Assembly: GCA_963727645.1 (NCBI GenBank)
Contig: CAVSHA010000020.1
Coordinates: forward strand, 16,409-80,408
Direction: 5' to 3'
Length of the DNA: 64,000 nucleotides
Origin: an uncultured Acidimicrobiaceae bacterium
GTDB taxonomy: Bacteria; Actinomycetota; Acidimicrobiia; Acidimicrobiales; Bog-793
A program made the position numbers and the translations under genes. Shown piece after piece: positions 58,922 through 64,000 of the stretch. The notes below the pieces were generated by a model that had not been told where the DNA came from, did no database searches, and saw only the letters and a list, made by a program, of their open reading frames with translations. Within the stretch, counting starts at the first letter, position 1. Each line of letters starts with the position of its first letter.

Positions 58922-59122
58922 TCAGCGCCCGGTCGGGCGTCTCCTGGCGCGGTGCTCCCAGCAGGGCGAGTGCCAGTGGCGCCTGGCGGTGGGGTCCGAC
59001 ACCGGGACTATGACGAGGTGGCCGGTTCCGGGTCGGATCTCCTGGTTGCAGCCCGGGCAGATGTAGGTCTTGTCAGCCTGGTAGGGCTGGATCCGGTGGA
59101 TCTGCGCAGCGCCGGTGCCCAT
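58922..59122 (-). CDS. Small zinc-ribbon-like protein
   Basis: This is the 3' 66 codons of ORF 58922..59500, from ATG 59122. The product is MGTGAAQIHRIQPYQADKTYICPGCNQEIRPGTGHLVIVPVSDPTARRHWHSPCWEHR. The upstream part of the ORF is Arg/Pro-rich and looks non-coding. Confidence 0.6.
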   Translation of the reverse strand: MGTGAAQIHRIQPYQADKTYICPGCNQEIRPGTGHLVIVPVSDPTARRHWHSPCWEHRARRRPTGR

Positions 59123-59372
59123 CGGGTCCTCGACGAACGACTCCTCGGCAGCGGTCGTCCAATCTGTGGCGCGACTGTTCGTGCCTCCGATGCGGCGGCG
59201 ATTGCGGGCACCCGGACGCCCCGGTGCGGCCTCCCCGCGCGCGTGCCGATCTGGGGGCCGTCGGGGCATGGCATTGATTGTTGCAGGCGGGCGAGGGCCG
59301 GAACAGGCGGAGGCCGAGGAGACGCCGGCGACCCTTGCGGGGGGCCTTGACCGGTGCCGGTGTCGTCCCCGG

Positions 59373-61109
59373 TCACACTGCAGAGAGGCTTGCCGCCTCG
59401 GCCAGCCAGCTGTCGAGCTCCTCAGCGGGCAACGGCCGGCGCACGTAGTAGCCCTGGACCAGGTGGCAGCCGAGCTCTCGAAGGCGTCGCAGGACCTCAA
59501 CTGTCTCGACGCCTTCGGCTACCACCTGTTTGCCGAGGTTGCGCGCCAGGTCGATCGTCGACCGCACGACGACCTCCCTGTCGGCGGAGGCGTTCATGTG
59601 CGTGACAAACGACCGGTCGATCTTGATCTCGTCGATGGGGAGGCGTGTCAGGTACGTCAGCGACGAGTAGCCGGTTCCGAAGTCGTCGACCGAGAGCCGG
59701 ACACCCATCTTGGCGAGGCGTGCGAGGACGGCCTCAGTCCTCATCGGGTCGGAGATGACGGCGCTCTCGGTGATCTCGAGCACGAGGAGGTCCTCGGGAA
59801 CGCCGTTGAGCGCCAGCAGGTCGGCAACGTCGGATGGCAGGTCGGCATCGATGAGGTTGCGCATCGCCAGATTGACGGCCACCCGCATCGGGCGACCGCG
59901 GTCCATCCAGGACCGGCACTGCCGGAGCGCTTTGTCGAGCACGTAGTGCGTGAATGGTTTGATCAGGCCAGTCTCCTGGACAAGTGGGATGAACTCGTCG
60001 GGCATGATGAGGCCCCGCTGAGGGTGCTGCCAACGGCTCAGGGCTTCGACAGCCACGATGGTGCCAGTCGAGAGGCTCAGTTGCGGTTGGTAGTACAGGA
60101 CGATCTCTTCTCGCTCGAGCGCGCCACGCAGTTCTCCGATGAGGGCGAGCCGATCCGGTGAATGCGGATCGGCTGAGTTCTCGTAGGAGGCGAACCCTCC
60201 GTTCGCAGCTTTGGCGACATACATGGCGACGTCGGCGTGGCGAATCAAGAGCTCGGCATCGCTGCCGTCCTTCGGAAAGGCTGCAAGCCCGATGCTGGCG
60301 TCGACTCTGATCGGCAGGTCTTGGACGACGATCGGCTCTTCGAGGCAGCTCGTCACCCGCGAGACGACCATGGCGGAATCCGTCTTCGATGCGTTCGGGA
60401 GCAGGATGGCGAATTCGTCGCCACCAAGTCTCGCGACCGAGTCGCCCTTTCTCGTCACCTTCGACAACCGCCGGGCCACCTCACTGAGCACGTCGTCCCC
60501 GGCTGCGTGACCAAGGGTGTCGTTGATCTCCTTGAACCGGTCGAGGTCCAGCATGAGAAGGGCGAGCTCCCCGGTCTCGCGCCGCGCCGCCATGAGTGCG
60601 TGCTTGACCCGGTCAAGGAAGAGCATGCGGTTCGGCAGGCCGGTGAGCCCGTCGTACAGGGCCTGGTGCCGGAGCTGCTCCTCTGCCTCGTCCCGGGCGT
60701 GTTCGGCAACCTTCTGCTCGGTGATGTCGCGGACCAACAGGCAGAGCCTCCGCAAGGAGCCCTCCGGTCCCGCGATCGGCGCGACCCTGCCCTGGAACCA
60801 CCGCATGCCTGCCGGGACCTCGAGCTGGTACTCCCAGAACTTCGGATGACCCGTCACGAGGACCTGGCTGATGACATTGGCCAGGCTGAGGCCGATCTCC
60901 TCACCGAGCGCCTCACGGTGCGTCTTGCCGAGCAGGTCGCCCCGAGGAACGGCGAGCAGGGCGTCGTTGGCGGTCCAGATCTCGAGGTAGGTGCCGTTCT
61001 CGTCGATCTCGAACACAAGGTCGTCGAGAGAGGAGAGGAGCGCCTGCAGGCGGGCCTCGCTCTGCCGCAGGGCCTCGGTTACCGCCATCTGCTCGACGAT
61101 TGCTGTCAT
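59373..61109 (-). CDS. PAS-GGDEF-EAL signalling protein (c-di-GMP turnover)
   Basis: 578 aa. It has an N-terminal PAS domain, a GGDEF domain (RLGGDEFAILL) and an EAL domain (VEALSRWQHP, DDFGTGYSSL, EIKIDRSF). Confidence 0.9.
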   Translation of the reverse strand: MTAIVEQMAVTEALRQSEARLQALLSSLDDLVFEIDENGTYLEIWTANDALLAVPRGDLLGKTHREALGEEIGLSLANVISQVLVTGHPKFWEYQLEVPAGMRWFQGRVAPIAGPEGSLRRLCLLVRDITEQKVAEHARDEAEEQLRHQALYDGLTGLPNRMLFLDRVKHALMAARRETGELALLMLDLDRFKEINDTLGHAAGDDVLSEVARRLSKVTRKGDSVARLGGDEFAILLPNASKTDSAMVVSRVTSCLEEPIVVQDLPIRVDASIGLAAFPKDGSDAELLIRHADVAMYVAKAANGGFASYENSADPHSPDRLALIGELRGALEREEIVLYYQPQLSLSTGTIVAVEALSRWQHPQRGLIMPDEFIPLVQETGLIKPFTHYVLDKALRQCRSWMDRGRPMRVAVNLAMRNLIDADLPSDVADLLALNGVPEDLLVLEITESAVISDPMRTEAVLARLAKMGVRLSVDDFGTGYSSLTYLTRLPIDEIKIDRSFVTHMNASADREVVVRSTIDLARNLGKQVVAEGVETVEVLRRLRELGCHLVQGYYVRRPLPAEELDSWLAEAASLSAV

Positions 61110-61384
61110 GGCACGCCGCGAAAGCTGACAGGCGCTGTCGCGCCCGCGTTGGCGGCATTGAGCCTGGTCCGTGGCGCCGAGGTCACTTCATGAGTATCGG
61201 CCGGGAAGCCAGCACGATTGACCCGAAAGGTCGGTCAGCCTGTTCGAGCACCCAGATCTCGCTCGGCTATGGGGCATCCTTGTCGGTGAACTCGACAGGC
61301 ACAAGACATGGTGTTATAACCGCGGACAATCTTGCGCCGGGTTTTCCATACTAATGAAGGACGACGCAATCGAGGCGGGAGGCA

Positions 61385-62320
61385 GTGCAGATGAGAATCG
61401 CTCACAAGTCACTACACGATCACCGCAGCTCCCGGGTCGCAGTCGTTGCCGTCGCGCTCCTGGGTGCTGCGTTCTTGGTCCCCGGCGTCGGGACGGCGCT
61501 CGCCGCGCCGGCTCGCGCCCACGCGGCGGCTGTCGCGATCCCGACCCCGCCGAAGGACCCCGCTGTGGCGGCCCTTGTGCCGGCAAGCATCAGGGCCAAG
61601 GGCTCGGTCTCCTCGGTGATGGACGCCAGCTATCCACCGGACGAGTTCGTCGCCGCCAACGGCACGACGATCGTCGGCATGGATGCAGACTTCAGCGCCG
61701 CGCTCGGAGCCGTCATGGGAGTCAAGTGGAAGGATGTCGACGCGACTTTCGACACGATCATCGTCGGCCTAAAGGCTGGCAAGTACGACGTCGGCAACTC
61801 CTCGTTCACCGTCACGGCGGCACGTGAGAAGCAGGTCAATTTCGTCACGTACTTCCAGGCCGGCGAGGGCTACTACGTGCCCAAGTCGAGCTCGCTGAAG
61901 CTCAACGGACTGATGAGCCTGTGCGGGCACACCGTCGCCGTCGAGACCGGCACGACCGAGCAGACCGATGCCAACAGCGCAGCCGGCCTGTGCAAGAAGG
62001 CCGACAAGAAGGCCGACACCGTGCTTGCCTTCCCGACCCAGAACGAGGCCAACAGCGCCATCGCGAGCGGCCGTGCCCAGATCGGCTTTGCCGACTCCCA
62101 GGTGGCGGGCTACATCGTCGAGGTGGCGAACGGTCGGTTCAAGCTGGATGGGCCGGCCTTCGGGGTCGCTCCCTACGGCTTCGCGTTCGCGAAGTCCTCG
62201 AAGCTCGACATTGCGGCTCTTGCCGCCGTCAAGGTGCTCATCAAAGACGGCATCTACGCCAAGATCCTCCACAAATGGGGGGTCCAGGCCGGCGCCATCA
62301 CGAACCCGGCGATCGTTTGA
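61385..62320 (+). CDS. Polar amino-acid ABC transporter substrate-binding protein (family 3)
   Basis: 311 aa with a signal peptide (VAVVAVALLGAAFLVPGVGTALAAPA). Motifs are TIVGMDADF, KAGKYDVGNSSFTVTAAREKQVNF and FGVAPYGFAFAK. Confidence 0.88.
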   Translation: MQMRIAHKSLHDHRSSRVAVVAVALLGAAFLVPGVGTALAAPARAHAAAVAIPTPPKDPAVAALVPASIRAKGSVSSVMDASYPPDEFVAANGTTIVGMDADFSAALGAVMGVKWKDVDATFDTIIVGLKAGKYDVGNSSFTVTAAREKQVNFVTYFQAGEGYYVPKSSSLKLNGLMSLCGHTVAVETGTTEQTDANSAAGLCKKADKKADTVLAFPTQNEANSAIASGRAQIGFADSQVAGYIVEVANGRFKLDGPAFGVAPYGFAFAKSSKLDIAALAAVKVLIKDGIYAKILHKWGVQAGAITNPAIV

Positions 62321-62353
62321 ACGAACCGACGGCTCCCGAGCGGAGGTGAGCCG

Positions 62354-63301
62354 GTGACAGTCGACAGCGTCGAGGGGCACCGCTCGGAGGAGATCCGGGC
62401 GGTGCCCCTGCGCCATCCGGGCCGGTGGGTCGCAACTGCGGTCATGCTCGTGCTGGCCGCGATGTTCGTCCACGACGTCACCACGAACCCAAGTTTCGGC
62501 TGGGGGGTTGTCGGGTCCACCTTCTTCTCGAGCCCGGTCGTGAGCGGGGTCGAGAAGACCCTCGAGCTCACATTCATAGCCATGGTCGTCGGCGTCGTGC
62601 TCGGTGTGGTCTTCGCCGTGATGCGGCTGTCGCCCAACCCGATTCTCTCGGGGGGCGCGTGGCTCTACATCTGGTTCTTCCGGGGTACCCCGGTCTACGT
62701 GCAGCTCCTCTTCTGGTACGCGATCTCCGCCCTCCAGCCGACCATCAGCCTCGGCATACCGTTCGGGCCCGAGTTCGTGCACATGAGCGCCAACACCATC
62801 GTCACCCCCTTCGTGGCCGCACTCCTCGGGCTCGGGCTCAATGAAGGCGCCTACTACGCCGAGATCGTGAGAGCCGGGATCCTCTCGGTCGACCACGGGC
62901 AGTTCGAGGCGGCGCAGTCGCTCGGCATGCGCCGGGCGCCGCTCATGCGACGGATCGTGCTCCCCCAGGCAATGCGCGTCATCGTCCCGCCGACAGGCAA
63001 TGAGACCATCTCCATGCTCAAGACCACGTCGCTGGCTGTAGTCGTCACCTACCCCGAGCTCCTCTACCAGACGGAGAACATCGCGGCCAGGACCTACCAG
63101 ACCATTCCCCTCCTCATCATGGCGAGCTTCTGGTACCTGCTCATGACCACGGTGCTCACGATGGGCCAGTACTACGTCGAGCGCTATTTCGCGCGCGGCA
63201 CGTCGTACGCGCTCCCGCTCACGCCGATCCAACGGATCCGGCGCAATCTGACGACGCTTCACCGGATCCCCTTCTCGTCGACTGCGATGGGCGGACGGTA
63301 G
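62354..63301 (+). CDS. Amino-acid ABC transporter permease (His/Glu/Gln/Arg/opine family)
   Basis: 315 aa and polytopic. The EAA loop is GQFEAAQSLGMRRAPLMRRIVLPQA. Confidence 0.9.
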   Translation: MTVDSVEGHRSEEIRAVPLRHPGRWVATAVMLVLAAMFVHDVTTNPSFGWGVVGSTFFSSPVVSGVEKTLELTFIAMVVGVVLGVVFAVMRLSPNPILSGGAWLYIWFFRGTPVYVQLLFWYAISALQPTISLGIPFGPEFVHMSANTIVTPFVAALLGLGLNEGAYYAEIVRAGILSVDHGQFEAAQSLGMRRAPLMRRIVLPQAMRVIVPPTGNETISMLKTTSLAVVVTYPELLYQTENIAARTYQTIPLLIMASFWYLLMTTVLTMGQYYVERYFARGTSYALPLTPIQRIRRNLTTLHRIPFSSTAMGGR

Positions 63302-64000
63302 ATGGACGCGCCGATGGTCCGTGCCGAGTCCGTGCACAAGCGCTACGGACTGCTCGAGGTGCTCAAGGGGATCACCCTCGAGGTCGCGCCTCGCGAGGTG
63401 ATGTGCCTGCTGGGGCCTTCCGGTTCGGGCAAGTCGACGTTCTTGCGCTGTGTCAACCACCTCGAGAAGATCAACTCCGGCCGGCTGTACGTGGATGGGT
63501 CGCTTGTCGGCTACGAGGAACGCGGCGGGCGCCTGCACGAGCTTCGCGAGCGCGAGGTATGTCGCCGGCGCACCGAGATCGGCATGGTCTTCCAGCGTTT
63601 CAACCTCTTCCCCCACATGACCGCGCTCGAGAACGTTGTCGTGGCGCCTGTGCTTGTGAAGAAGGAGCCAAAAGCCGTCGTCACGACGCGGGCCCGCGCC
63701 TTGCTGGACCGGGTCGGTCTCTCGGACAAGGTCGAGGCCTATCCCAACCAGCTGTCCGGAGGTCAGCAGCAGAGGGTTGCGATTGCCCGGGCGCTCGCCA
63801 TGCAGCCCAAGCTCATGCTCTTCGACGAGCCAACCAGCGCACTGGACCCTGAGCTCGTCGGTGAGGTCCTCGACGTGATGCGCGCCCTGGCCGAGGAGGG
63901 GATGACGATGATTGTCGTCACCCACGAGATCGGGTTCGCCCGCGAGGTTGGCGACTCGCTCGTGTTCATGGACGAGGGCGTCGTCGTCGAGTCAGGCGTG
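63302..64000 (+). CDS. Amino-acid ABC transporter ATP-binding protein, truncated by the right window edge
   Basis: ATG 63302 overlaps the permease stop; the gene is absent from the ORF track because no stop lies in the window. My translation gives [16 protein letters not shown]..., Walker [10 protein letters not shown], signature [15 protein letters not shown] and Walker [13 protein letters not shown]. Confidence 0.92.
   Translation, partial: MDAPMVRAESVHKRYGLLEVLKGITLEVAPREVMCLLGPSGSGKSTFLRCVNHLEKINSGRLYVDGSLVGYEERGGRLHELREREVCRRRTEIGMVFQRFNLFPHMTALENVVVAPVLVKKEPKAVVTTRARALLDRVGLSDKVEAYPNQLSGGQQQRVAIARALAMQPKLMLFDEPTSALDPELVGEVLDVMRALAEEGMTMIVVTHEIGFAREVGDSLVFMDEGVVVESGV

Overview
This is a visibly GC-rich chromosome segment with strong G/C third-codon bias, so spurious antisense ORFs are abundant. 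Gene content and order look actinobacterial; that assignment is inference. I place about 60 protein-coding genes, and the window is mostly core housekeeping. From left to right: (1) A [NiFe]-hydrogenase maturation cluster: hypC-hypD converging on a (SIS/HupF-HypC fusion)-hypE-hypF operon, then a Suc_Fer-like thioredoxin-fold gene. (2) Miscellaneous metabolism: an FAH hydrolase, a lipoprotein, a Pat-like GNAT/acyl-CoA-synthetase acetyltransferase with a disrupted reading frame, and an aldo/keto reductase. (3) A minus-strand marR-MFS-(DoxX-Rieske) operon plus tetR, then a quinone oxidoreductase and a RipA-like NlpC/P60 hydrolase carrying a poly-Q microsatellite. (4) fumC, an MFS transporter, a dienelactone hydrolase, a DUF885-like protein, a Nei/Fpg glycosylase, a methyltransferase, an orphan rmlC and a RodZ_C-like membrane protein. 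(5) A non-canonical suf operon: sufB, a small Cys-rich ORF, sufD, a Rieske ferredoxin, sufC. (6) pckG, thiL and rpmB. (7) The conserved run yloV-recG-rsmD-coaD-(SepIVA-like)-yceD-rpmF-plsX-acp-rnc-mutM-smc-ftsY-ffh-rpsP-KH-rimM-trmD-rplS-DUF2469-yraN. (8) A PAS-GGDEF-EAL protein and a polar amino-acid ABC transporter that runs off the right edge. I found no rRNA, tRNA, CRISPR array, transposase, integrase or recognisable defence system. The points most worth follow-up are the extra Cys-rich gene inside the suf operon, the SIS-HypC fusion, the frame disruption(s) in the Pat-like gene, and the efflux pump translationally coupled to a DoxX-Rieske membrane protein. All family calls rest on motif recognition by eye, not on database searches.
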